Source of the DNA: Pseudomonadota bacterium | GTDB taxonomy: Bacteria; Bdellovibrionota; FAC87; UBA2466 | Length of the DNA stretch: 43,329 bases | Assembly: GCA_043718025.1 (NCBI GenBank) | Contig: JAYSWN010000006.1 | Location: 1-43,329, forward strand | Direction: 5' to 3' | In this document: positions 1-8,392 of the stretch, piece by piece | Numbering within the stretch: the first letter of the stretch is position 1 | How the letters are laid out: every line of letters starts with the position of its first letter | The notes under the pieces: generated by a model | What the model was told of the DNA's origin: nothing | Databases searched by the model: none | The model's input: only the letters and a program-made list of their open reading frames with translations | Made by a program: the position numbers and the translations under genes

Positions 1-204
1 CAGTACAAGGCCGGGCGTTGGCGGCGTGACTCGTCTCTACTCCACTAGCTTTGCCTTTTTGTCTTGAGGGCAACGACCTCACTTCGGGGCTAGTGCAATT
101 TAGGAGGGGCTAGCCAAGCGAACTAAATCAAAAGCGTCCCACCAGTTTTCGGAGTTTTTTTTAAATTTTTCTTCCCGGAAAAGAGAGAAAAAAATCAGAG
201 CCAC

Positions 205-372
205 TTTAACGCCAGGAAATTTCCGTAGGAAACAACCCACCCGAATCGAAGCCTCGCGCAAAAAAGAACCTGGCGATGACTATAAGACAAGTAAGGGGAA
301 CCCAGTGAAAGTGGTCGTGGCAAAGTAGGTTGCGCCTCCACGGTACAGCACAACTCGGCAGCACCAGGATGA
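205..372 (+). pseudogene. possible degenerate remnant of a paralogous HNH gene 3' half
   Basis: The frame from 210 reads RQEISVGNNPPESKPR...IRQVRGTQ*...RLRLH, against RRVSSGKPE...KPR...LRQGAQC...WLDLH in the intact gene. GGAACCCAGTGA aligns with GGAGCGCAGTGT (Cys to stop). Alignment by eye only. Confidence 0.3.
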
Positions 373-657
373 AAAGCTAAAGTCTTCCCTTAAGTGAAAC
401 GCCAAGAAAACCTCCACGCTCCCCAAACATCGCCATTTCCACAAGATACTATTTGACGCCCTTTTTCTACAAAATTGAATGCCGAACTCTGCTCCGTGAC
501 GTGGCGGTTTTAACCACCAGCGCAGACGTTAAAGCCCCTTCCAGGTCACGGATTGATTAGTCTTCTAGGCGCGGTGAGGACTACGGATAGCCAATCACTC
601 ACCGCGGAACGTGGACGAGAAAAAGGCACACAGAAAACTCATGGTACTAATTTATTC

Positions 658-1590
658 ATGACGACCACTGCACAAATCTTAGACGCAAAAGTAAAACAAC
701 TAGCAAAAACTCTCCTTCACACCGAAGGGTTGGTGCTTACGACCCTGATGGAGATGAGCCGAGCCAGGGTCTTTGCGGAGCTAAATTACTCAGGGGTGTT
801 TGATTACTGCCTTCGCGCATTGGGTATGAGCAAAGAACAGTCTTACTATTTTAAGAAAGTGGCCGAGGTTTCAGTACAGGTACCAGAGCTAAAAACTGCC
901 ATCGTTCACGGTGAACTATCGCTTTCATCGGCCCGCCGCATCGCCCCTATTCTCAACGCGGCAAATCAGGCGGAGTGGATTGGCAAGGCTAAGGAGCTGA
1001 AGCAGAGTGAACTTGAAAAAGCGGTGAGTGAAGTCAATCCGCAGGCTCACCCCCGAGAGCGGATAAAGCCCGTAGCCAAGAACCTATCTGAGCTTCGGGT
1101 AGTTATCGATGACGTAACCGATAGCCACCTCATCGCGCTCAAAGACCTGCTCTCTTCTAAATTAAGACGCCCGGCAACGCTGGCCGATGTCATTGCGTGG
1201 GCCGCGAAAGAGACCAGAGAACGGCATGATCCCGAAGCTAAGGCTAAACGGGCAAGAAGAGTTTCTTCAGGAAAACCCGAAACACAAAATTCACTAAGAG
1301 CTAACGCCTCAATCAACGGTCGAACTCCAGACGCCGTTGTGGAAGTAAAGCCGAGACAACCGCAACGGCTGCCAATCCCCGCCGCCGTTCGTCATGCCGT
1401 TGTGCTCCGCCAAGGAGCGCAGTGTTCGTTTGTGTCACGAGACAACCGGCGTTGTGACCAGAAGAAATGGCTGGATTTGCATCATCGTGTTGCGGTGGCA
1501 CAGGGCGGGCTTAACCAAATCGAGAATCTAGCGTTTCTTTGTCACCGTCACCACCGCGCGCTGCACGGAGCGAATCACTCGCCGTCATAA
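658..1590 (+). CDS. HNH endonuclease with long helical N-terminal region (DUF222-like architecture)
   Basis: C-terminal C-x8-C...LDLHH...GGLNQIENLAFLCHRHH..H is a Zn-finger HNH signature. The ATG at 658 is preferred over the TTG at 553 given in the ORF track. Confidence 0.85.
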   Translation: MTTTAQILDAKVKQLAKTLLHTEGLVLTTLMEMSRARVFAELNYSGVFDYCLRALGMSKEQSYYFKKVAEVSVQVPELKTAIVHGELSLSSARRIAPILNAANQAEWIGKAKELKQSELEKAVSEVNPQAHPRERIKPVAKNLSELRVVIDDVTDSHLIALKDLLSSKLRRPATLADVIAWAAKETRERHDPEAKAKRARRVSSGKPETQNSLRANASINGRTPDAVVEVKPRQPQRLPIPAAVRHAVVLRQGAQCSFVSRDNRRCDQKKWLDLHHRVAVAQGGLNQIENLAFLCHRHHRALHGANHSPS

Positions 1591-1899
1591 AGAGTCGACA
1601 GATAGAATACAACCCTTGAAAAAAACGCGCGCAATGTCACCTCCGTCTAACGATTTTTCGTAGCCAAAAAGTGGGCGCGCTTTGTTACCCGCGAAATTGC
1701 GCTGAAATCGATGACTTCGGTACACGGAGGAAAACCAGAGGGATGGCACCCTTGTTGCTCTACCCCTGCCTGAAATGTTTTTCTAACCAAGGCTCACTTT
1801 GAGTCGATTCAGCGGAGTTTTCGACGGCACTTGTCTGGCGATCCCCCGACGCCATGAACGATTTTCTTTCCTAAATGAAGCCGTCGCCGTTCTCTCTGC

Positions 1900-1944
1900 G
1901 GTCATGCGTTGTCTTTCCTGTGGACAACGCATGACCATTTTTTT
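1900..1944 (+). terminator. intrinsic terminator
   Basis: Perfect 14-bp stem GGTCATGCGTTGTC (1900-1913) / GACAACGCATGACC (1923-1936), 9-nt loop, followed by ATTTTTTT. Confidence 0.75.
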
Positions 1945-2081
1945 GTTAACGCATCGCGCGTAACTATTAGTAAATACAATTGAAAGACAACTTGAGCATG
2001 CCGTTTTGATCGCCTACGGTATTTTTCCAAGGGACACTTTGCGTTCCGAAGAAATGAAAAAAATTATCTTGGGGGATAATA

Positions 2082-2798
2082 ATGGCTAGTCGCATGGGTC
2101 TTGTACCGTTTTTGGTGTTCGCTTGGTGCACGCTTTCGGCCAACGATGGCTTGGCCGTTATGCAAAAGGGGTACGTGCAGAAGATAACCGACGGTGACAC
2201 CATCTGGTTTAATACTCGTAAAGACTTCGACGTCGATACCCGTTTAAAAATCAGAATGCTGCATATCGATGCGCCGGAAACGCACCTACCAACGAGTAAT
2301 GGCATTGTAAACCAAGGCCACTGGGGTGACGCGGCAACCAAAAAACTGATGAGCCTGCTCGAGATCGAACAAAAGGTGGTTCTTGATAACCAAGGCACCG
2401 ATAAGTACGAAAGAACACTCGGGGTTGTTTACGATGGTGACACCGATGTGAACTTGAAGATGGTGGAATCAGGTTGGGCGATTCCTTACATCATTTGCAG
2501 CGGCAGTACCTGCAACAAATCGTTTATTAAAACTGAGCGCGTTGCCGAATACGTAGCCGCTTGTGAAGACGCGAGAGCAAATGGGAAAGGAATCTGGGAC
2601 CCCGCCGATCCGCTGGAAGAGATGCCGTTCGAGTTTCGCCTCCGTCATCAAGAACGCGACCCCGATAAATATGTTGGCGATTACAAAACTAAAGCGCTGG
2701 TTGAACCCGACGCCTACCCGAAAATTGATGTGTGCCGTCGCGTTTTCTTTATGAAGAAATCAGAGGCCGTGCGCGCGGGATTTAAAGAGGCCCGGTAA
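2082..2798 (+). CDS. secreted thermonuclease (SNase-like) family protein
   Basis: Signal-peptide-like N-terminus; motifs ITDGDTI, IRMLHIDAPE, DKYERTLG, VNLKMVESGWA, KGIW; GGGGG SD upstream. Confidence 0.92.
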   Translation: MASRMGLVPFLVFAWCTLSANDGLAVMQKGYVQKITDGDTIWFNTRKDFDVDTRLKIRMLHIDAPETHLPTSNGIVNQGHWGDAATKKLMSLLEIEQKVVLDNQGTDKYERTLGVVYDGDTDVNLKMVESGWAIPYIICSGSTCNKSFIKTERVAEYVAACEDARANGKGIWDPADPLEEMPFEFRLRHQERDPDKYVGDYKTKALVEPDAYPKIDVCRRVFFMKKSEAVRAGFKEAR

Positions 2799-2832
2799 GT
2801 TTAATAATTTTTTTGCTTAAGACGCGGCACAG

Positions 2833-2862
2833 AGGGTGGGAGAAATTCCCGCCCTTCTTTTA
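2833..2862. terminator. hairpin/terminator between convergent genes
   Basis: Stem AGGGTGGGA (2833-2841) / TCCCGCCCT (2847-2855) with one G-U pair, followed by TCTTTT on the + strand. Confidence 0.6.
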
Positions 2863-3777
2863 TCTTACGTTCTTCATATTCGAGAGGCCGATCAAAAGGA
2901 GTAAGAATAAGATCAGAAGTACAATTAAGATTTTGAAAACGAGCCACCAGTCGAAACGCTTCGCTCTGGTGCGTTCATCCGCTTCGGCCGCAGCAAGGGC
3001 CTCAGCCCGGCTCTTTTTGCTTTGAGCATCGCTCGGTTTTTCTTTACCAGCTTGAGACGGCGGATCATCGCCTTTGCCTTTTCTTACGGCCGGGTCATCG
3101 CCTCTTCCTTCGCCCCCTTCGGCCTCTTCACCGCCATCACCGCCGCCACCGCGTTTGCCCGGCGTACTGACGCCAGCCCCACCGGCACCGCCAGCCCCAC
3201 CGGCACCGCCGGCCCCACCCGGGCCACTCTTGCCACCAAAAAAATCACCGCCATTGCCGCCTACGTTGCCGCCGCCGCCGACATTGCCACCACCACCACC
3301 GGCATCGCCGCCGCCGCCTACATTGCCGCCACCACCACCGGCATCGCCGCCGCCGCCTACATTGCCACCACCACCACCGGCATTGCCGCCGCCGCCCACA
3401 TTGCCAACCGGGGGAAGGTCACCCCCGCCACCCACGGTACCGGGGGGAGGAAGATCACGCGGCGGAGGCAGATCTCCGGTTTCGGGAAGATCGCGAGGCG
3501 GAGGGATCTCGGACCCACCGCCGGTGTTGCCAATTCGTTCACGGGAAAACCAAACGTTGGGAACTCTCTTCTTTGGAGATTGAGCGATAAAATCCACGAG
3601 CTGTTTCCGCTGTCCTTGCAATGACGCCAGCAGCCGATCGCCAAAGACGGCATTGAAAATCGGGATCATGATTCCCGCCACCACGGCGGTGATCATGAGG
3701 TAGTCCACCAGCGTCTGACCTACGCACGAGCGCAGACTCCGCAACGAACGACGGCTATAGGGTCGTTGAAAACGCAC
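2860..3777 (-). CDS. membrane protein with Flp/TadE-like prepilin N-terminus, Pro/Gly-rich repeat linker and C-terminal TM helix
   Basis: Basic leader, then G|QTLVDY and a hydrophobic helix; GGGGDAGGGGGNV repeats; C-terminal WWLVFKILIVLLILFLLLLIGL. GAGG SD at 3786-3789 supports a GTG start at 3777 (or TTG 3780) rather than 3912. Confidence 0.7.
   Translation of the reverse strand: MRFQRPYSRRSLRSLRSCVGQTLVDYLMITAVVAGIMIPIFNAVFGDRLLASLQGQRKQLVDFIAQSPKKRVPNVWFSRERIGNTGGGSEIPPPRDLPETGDLPPPRDLPPPGTVGGGGDLPPVGNVGGGGNAGGGGGNVGGGGDAGGGGGNVGGGGDAGGGGGNVGGGGNVGGNGGDFFGGKSGPGGAGGAGGAGGAGGAGVSTPGKRGGGGDGGEEAEGGEGRGDDPAVRKGKGDDPPSQAGKEKPSDAQSKKSRAEALAAAEADERTRAKRFDWWLVFKILIVLLILFLLLLIGLSNMKNVR
3171..3219. 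repeat. 18-bp tandem repeat (GGAGGA coding)
   Basis: CGCCAGCCCCACCGGCAC exact at 3171 and 3189, with a partial third copy from 3207. Confidence 0.85.
3281..3406. repeat. 39-bp tandem repeat x3 (13-aa GGGGDAGGGGGNV unit)
   Basis: Copies start at 3281, 3320 and 3359 and differ from the first by 1-2 nt; a partial copy starts at 3398. Confidence 0.9.
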
Positions 3778-3856
3778 CAATTCAACCTCGGGCTTAAAGA
3801 GCGTAGGACTGCAGAAATGATTTAATGCAAAAGCACGGAACCTTAGCCGCGCAACT

Positions 3857-5272
3857 CTAGGACTTCGTGGACAGGACCGCCCGCAGCTTGTCCTGTATTT
3901 TATCAAATTCACCGTTAGACATCACTAGCAGCACATCGTCGACTTGCGCATTTGCCCGATAATTCTCCACAATTTCATCGACGGTGTCGAAAGTTTGGGC
4001 AGATTTTCCAGTGATTCGTAACGCGGCCGCTAACTCATCCGATGAAAATCTCTCTTCGGCCTTCAGATCGGTGGCTTTGAAAGGGCTCTTCAGACGCACC
4101 TCATCAGCCATGGCGAAGGCCTTGGGATACTCGTGTTGATGAATGTTACGGCGCGCCGTGGCTGACCGGGGCTCAAAAAAGGTCCACAATTTTCCTTTGG
4201 GAAAGCGCTGGCGAACGGCTTTTACGGTGGCCGTGACCTCAGTCGGGTGATGGGCAAAGTCGTCTACCAAAACACTCTGCCCACGCACCAAAATTTCTTG
4301 ACGCCGTTTTACGCCGCCGAATCGCTTCACGATTGGACGTACCTTTTCTAGAGAGATGCCCATGTTCATCGCGCAGGCGATGCCGGCCACAATATTAATG
4401 AGATTGTGTTGCCCCAGCATGATGGTTTCGAACTCACCCACGCTCTTTCGTTTGTAAAGCACTTCAAATTTATAGCCGGCGGGACTCTCTTCGACTTTGC
4501 CTAACCGCCACATCGCCCCTTCGCCGACGCCAAAGGTTTCAACCGGGCAAAGCGCTAGCGAAAGAACTTCGAGCACTTGCGGATCGTCGTAACGCGCAAT
4601 CAACAATCCATCGCCAGGAAGCAAGGCGATTAATTTCTCAAATGACGCTCGAACGTGAGCCAAGTCTTTATAGATATCGGCATGATCGAACTCAATATTA
4701 TTGATCACCGCAAAGTGCGGATGATAGTGCAAAAATTTGGGACCCTTGTCGAAAAAGGCGGAGTCATATTCATCACCCTCACCCACGAACCAGTCGCCTG
4801 AATTCAACTCACATCCCGACGAGAGGTCTTTCGGTACGCCGCCAATCAAATAACTTGGATTCAATCCCAGCTCAGAAAGCAAAAATGCGATCCAAGTGGT
4901 AGTCGTGGTCTTTCCGTGGGTGCCGGCCACCACAATCGATTTTTTATCTTCAATCAAATAGCGGCGAACCGCCTCGGGAAAAGATAAGAAATTAATCCCG
5001 GAGCGAATCCACGCCATGGCTTCCGGATTGTCACGGCGAGTGACATTTCCAATAATCACACGATCGGCTTGCACTTTTTGCACGGTTTCAGCGTGATACC
5101 CCTCAATGAGATCGATCGACGAATTTTTTAAAACGGTTTTCATCGGTTCATAGAGGGCCCCATCGCTTCCCGATACCCGGTGACCACTGCGGGCCAAGGC
5201 GGCGGCAAAAGTGCCCATTCCCGTTCCGCCCACACCGACAAAATGAATTTTTTCTTTTGCATCACTATTCAT
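3857..5272 (-). CDS. mpl: murein peptide ligase (MurC/Mpl family)
   Basis: IHFVGVGGTGMG, VAGTHGKTTTT, EGDEYDSAFFDKGPKFLHY, NIEFDHADIY, DDFAHHPT, FEPRS and MSNG are Mpl-type motifs. Confidence 0.9.
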   Translation of the reverse strand: MNSDAKEKIHFVGVGGTGMGTFAAALARSGHRVSGSDGALYEPMKTVLKNSSIDLIEGYHAETVQKVQADRVIIGNVTRRDNPEAMAWIRSGINFLSFPEAVRRYLIEDKKSIVVAGTHGKTTTTTWIAFLLSELGLNPSYLIGGVPKDLSSGCELNSGDWFVGEGDEYDSAFFDKGPKFLHYHPHFAVINNIEFDHADIYKDLAHVRASFEKLIALLPGDGLLIARYDDPQVLEVLSLALCPVETFGVGEGAMWRLGKVEESPAGYKFEVLYKRKSVGEFETIMLGQHNLINIVAGIACAMNMGISLEKVRPIVKRFGGVKRRQEILVRGQSVLVDDFAHHPTEVTATVKAVRQRFPKGKLWTFFEPRSATARRNIHQHEYPKAFAMADEVRLKSPFKATDLKAEERFSSDELAAALRITGKSAQTFDTVDEIVENYRANAQVDDVLLVMSNGEFDKIQDKLRAVLSTKS

Positions 5273-6341
5273 TATTTTTCTCCCACTCGCTTACCACCAG
5301 ATTGTGTAAAGCGGGCCGAATCGCACGAATTCGCTCATCTAGTTGCGACGGATGCACCCGATTGCTCAAAAAAATCACGATCCCTTTACGTTCGGGATCA
5401 ATCCAGATTGACGTACCAGTGTAGCCTAGATGGCCGAAACTTTTTCGCGACAGCTTATCACCGGCGGAAGAGCCTTTGGCCGCCGGCAAATCCCATCCCA
5501 ACGCATAGGCGACGCCTTGAAGTTCGATAGCTTTTTCCGTAAATTTTTTGGCCGTCACCGCCGAAAGCCAGCGGCTTTTTCCTTGAACCGCGTCAAGCCA
5601 AGCCTGACAAAACGCGGCAAGCCCGGTGGCACTGGCAAAGAGGCCGGCCTGGGCCGACACTCCGCCCATCGCTGAAGTGTTAAAGTCAAAAACCTCTCCG
5701 TGCAGCAACCGATTTCGCCATTGGCAAAACTCAGTGGCCACAACTCGGGCTTCGACCGGTCCGTAGCCAATTCCGGATAGGCCCAACGGTTTCACCACCT
5801 CTTGCGCAAACAGCACCTCGAGGGGCTGTTGGGTCACGGCGCGCAACGCTTCGCCCAACAAAGAAAAACCTACGTCACTATAAATTATTTTTTCTTCAAC
5901 GCCGGCGACTGCCAGTGACCCTTGATTGCGACGAAACCAGTCTAAAAAAGTCTCTCCCTGTTTTCTGCTTTCAAAGTAAGCGCACCATCCCTCCGCGCCA
6001 CTGCAATGAGAGAGTAATTGGGCAAGGGTAACTCTGCCCCACCTTGGCGACAATGACGGCAGAAAACAGTCTAAGGGATCAGTAAGAGAAATTTTTTTCG
6101 CTTCACAAAGCCTCGCCACAATGCTGGTCGTGGCAATCACTTTCGTTAGCGAACCCAGATCAAAGACCGTCTGCGCGTCGATTGCGGCCCCATTAGTCCA
6201 ACCCGTTTCATACCCCGAGGCTAAACTCGCCGTTTGAGTTCCGCATTTCGAGTACAGTTGGTAGGCTGAAAAGTGATGAGTAAGGCGTGCCTCTTCCAGC
6301 AGTTGAACGACAGGCCCTTGTAAATGAAGTGCATCGGCCAA
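5265..6341 (-). CDS. serine hydrolase, beta-lactamase/AmpC-like family (probable peptidoglycan-recycling hydrolase)
   Basis: FDLGSLTK (SxxK), LLSHCSG, YSDVGF, GHLGYTGTSIWIDP, LSNRVHP; overlaps the mpl start. Confidence 0.88.
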   Translation of the reverse strand: MADALHLQGPVVQLLEEARLTHHFSAYQLYSKCGTQTASLASGYETGWTNGAAIDAQTVFDLGSLTKVIATTSIVARLCEAKKISLTDPLDCFLPSLSPRWGRVTLAQLLSHCSGAEGWCAYFESRKQGETFLDWFRRNQGSLAVAGVEEKIIYSDVGFSLLGEALRAVTQQPLEVLFAQEVVKPLGLSGIGYGPVEARVVATEFCQWRNRLLHGEVFDFNTSAMGGVSAQAGLFASATGLAAFCQAWLDAVQGKSRWLSAVTAKKFTEKAIELQGVAYALGWDLPAAKGSSAGDKLSRKSFGHLGYTGTSIWIDPERKGIVIFLSNRVHPSQLDERIRAIRPALHNLVVSEWEKNNE

Positions 6342-6351
6342 AGCGACCTCT

Positions 6352-7479
6352 TTAGAGCGCGGAAGGCGCCGAGATCACTTTAACCATCCGGTGCGCCATC
6401 AGTTCGGGACGAATTTCAAACGAATACAAATTGCCGTAATTGCTTAAACAAAAAAACCAGCCCTCGCTGTTGCCGCTAGCCGCCGATAGAGTGCCCGCTC
6501 CCAAATTGCCTTGCCAAACAATGTCGCCATTTTGCGGATCGAGTAGGTAAACCGGATCATCGGAGGTGGTCACCACCAAATGCTTGCCCGCCATCACCGG
6601 AGCCAATCCCACTCCACTTTTCATGGGTTTTTTCCAGATTACAGCCTTCGTGTTGAGATCTAGCGCGTAAAGATTGTGATCCAATCCAGCGAAATAAAGT
6701 CGGTCTTCTTTAACGTGAAAGCCACCGTAACTACCCACATCAAAGGTCCAAAAAATATCACCGGTATTTTTATCGAGGCTATAAAGCTTGCCGTCGAACG
6801 TTGCAGCCACCACACGTTTTTCATCAATGTAGGGGGTGGCATCGACGTCGTAAAAACGTTCGCGAGTGCGCAGGCGGCGTGACCACTTCACGTTGCCGGT
6901 AGCGAAATCGAGGGTCACGACGTAACCATCGGAAAAGCCTTGAACCACTTCGGTGCCGTTGCTCGCCGGGCCGGAGGTTCCGTGCACGGTCATCTTTTCA
7001 TCACCACGGTGAGCAAAATGCCAGATCTCTTTGCCCGTATTTTCGGCCAGCGCGTAGAGCTCATCGTGCGAGGTGAAAACGAATACTCTATCTTTGACCA
7101 CTAAAGGCGGAGAAAGCCATTCGGCCGCAACCTTAAAACGCCACGCATCGGAACCATCGCGAGTGTGCAAGGCGTAGAAGTTACCCTTGGTATCGCCCAC
7201 AAATATTTTAGAGCGACCGTAAACCATTGAGCCATCGACCGGCCCTTCCAGCTTCCTCTTCCAAAGCACGTAACCCTGAGTTCGGTGAATGGCCTGCACG
7301 ACGCCGTCTAAATTGGCAGTGTAAAGCATGTCCCCAACCACTACCGGTTTGGTTCGCTCGTAGGGCTTGAGTTCCCACGGGTGATTGAAGCGCGTGGGCA
7401 TCGCCCATTGCGACACCACCGAAAGGGCCCAAGCCGAATGCGCGGCAAAAATAATCAACGAAGTGAAAAACAAACGCAT
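6352..7479 (-). CDS. PQQ-like beta-propeller protein, BamB-like
   Basis: Repeated LYAL..xTG...W blade motifs, DVDATP, signal peptide; lies directly downstream of a yfgM-like gene. Confidence 0.8.
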   Translation of the reverse strand: MRLFFTSLIIFAAHSAWALSVVSQWAMPTRFNHPWELKPYERTKPVVVGDMLYTANLDGVVQAIHRTQGYVLWKRKLEGPVDGSMVYGRSKIFVGDTKGNFYALHTRDGSDAWRFKVAAEWLSPPLVVKDRVFVFTSHDELYALAENTGKEIWHFAHRGDEKMTVHGTSGPASNGTEVVQGFSDGYVVTLDFATGNVKWSRRLRTRERFYDVDATPYIDEKRVVAATFDGKLYSLDKNTGDIFWTFDVGSYGGFHVKEDRLYFAGLDHNLYALDLNTKAVIWKKPMKSGVGLAPVMAGKHLVVTTSDDPVYLLDPQNGDIVWQGNLGAGTLSAASGNSEGWFFCLSNYGNLYSFEIRPELMAHRMVKVISAPSAL

Positions 7480-7508
7480 GCCAAAAGACCTTTCTTAAAC
7501 CGAACTAC

Positions 7509-8243
7509 TCAACCCTTTTTTGCCGAATTTTTCTCGCTGGCAAATAAAGGGCTCTTCAAGCGACGAACCTGCAACTTGGCATTGCGGGCATACTCTGTAT
7601 TAGGAAACTCACTCGCCACTTTTTCATAAAACTCGACGGCTTTAGGTATCGCGGCGCGAGCCTCTTCGGCGCGGGCCATTGCCAAAAGGGCTAAGGGTTT
7701 TGCTTCACCTACAAATTCAGAAGCGGTTTTGAAATCGGCGAAGGCGTCGTCGGTTTTCTTATCCAACTCTTTGGCCTGGCCACGATTCAAAAACAAAAGT
7801 TGCCGTTCACCCGGAAGTAAATCTGGAAACGCCAAAGCGGTGGTGTATAGGTCAGCCGCCTTGACCGCTTCCCCGGTTGGCTTGGCTTCGGCTTTCATTA
7901 ACTCTTTGCGGGCTCCGTTAAAAGTGATGTCGGCCAGGCTCACGGTAGCAAAGTAACCGGGGCGAATTTTTTTCCACTTATTGGCAACCCCCTTAAGGGC
8001 TTCGCTTCGTTCGGTTTCGGGTTTTTTCATGGCATTGAAGTAGTCGAGCCAACCCTGATTTAGTTGCGACTGCTGATACCCCTCCAGAGCGTAGATGCCG
8101 ATGGCCACCGCTAAGGCGCCACCAATAACCGGCAGCCAAATGCGACGATGGTGAAGAATCCAATCGAACACTGAAAGGCCTTCACGCTGGAAGGCATCGG
8201 GGGTTTTAAGAGATTTTCTATCAATTGTGGGCGGTTTCGACAC
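7509..8243 (-). CDS. YfgM-like membrane-anchored TPR protein
   Basis: N-terminal LKTPDAF, one TM helix, then TPR-like helices ending in FPNTEYA; GGAG SD upstream of the GTG start. Confidence 0.75.
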   Translation of the reverse strand: MSKPPTIDRKSLKTPDAFQREGLSVFDWILHHRRIWLPVIGGALAVAIGIYALEGYQQSQLNQGWLDYFNAMKKPETERSEALKGVANKWKKIRPGYFATVSLADITFNGARKELMKAEAKPTGEAVKAADLYTTALAFPDLLPGERQLLFLNRGQAKELDKKTDDAFADFKTASEFVGEAKPLALLAMARAEEARAAIPKAVEFYEKVASEFPNTEYARNAKLQVRRLKSPLFASEKNSAKKG

Positions 8244-8325
8244 TCAAAACTCCTTGACGAAAGACGTTCAAAATTAACCCATTTCGCTTAAACTTCAATC
8301 ATTTAGAACGATCTGGGTTATTCAA

Positions 8326-8355
8326 TCGACGCGTTAAGCGAAAAAAGGTTATAAT
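8326..8355 (+). promoter_or_regulatory. putative sigma70 promoter
   Basis: TCGACG (8326-8331), 18-nt spacer, TATAAT (8350-8355), upstream of ATG 8393. Confidence 0.45.
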
Positions 8356-8392
8356 GAATCTGCCCATCCGTCAGCGCCTTTCCGGTGATGCC

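Noticed and set aside
1..120. Hairpins (CACTAGC/GCTAGTG, TTGCC/GGCAA) as a riboswitch or SRP-like RNA; also a possible CDS end at 1-48
   Set aside because: AAAGGCAAA occurs on the minus strand, but the rest of the c-di-GMP-I consensus is missing. There is no SRP loop motif, and too little context at the window edge.
553..1590. HNH gene as IscB/Cas9/TnpB or a group II intron maturase
   Set aside because: No RuvC, PLMP or RT motifs, and no CRISPR repeats or terminal inverted repeats were seen.
3281..3406. Repeat array as CRISPR
   Set aside because: Head-to-tail in-frame coding repeats with no unique spacers and no cas genes.
3022..3624. Plus-strand Ala/Thr-rich and Pro-rich ORFs (3022-3624, 3074-3583)
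   Set aside because: They are shadow frames of the GGN-rich repeat gene on the minus strand, which has the SD, the TM segments and the operon context.
5265..6341. Beta-lactam resistance gene
   Set aside because: No signal peptide, family-level motifs only, and it is coupled to mpl; a recycling hydrolase is more likely.
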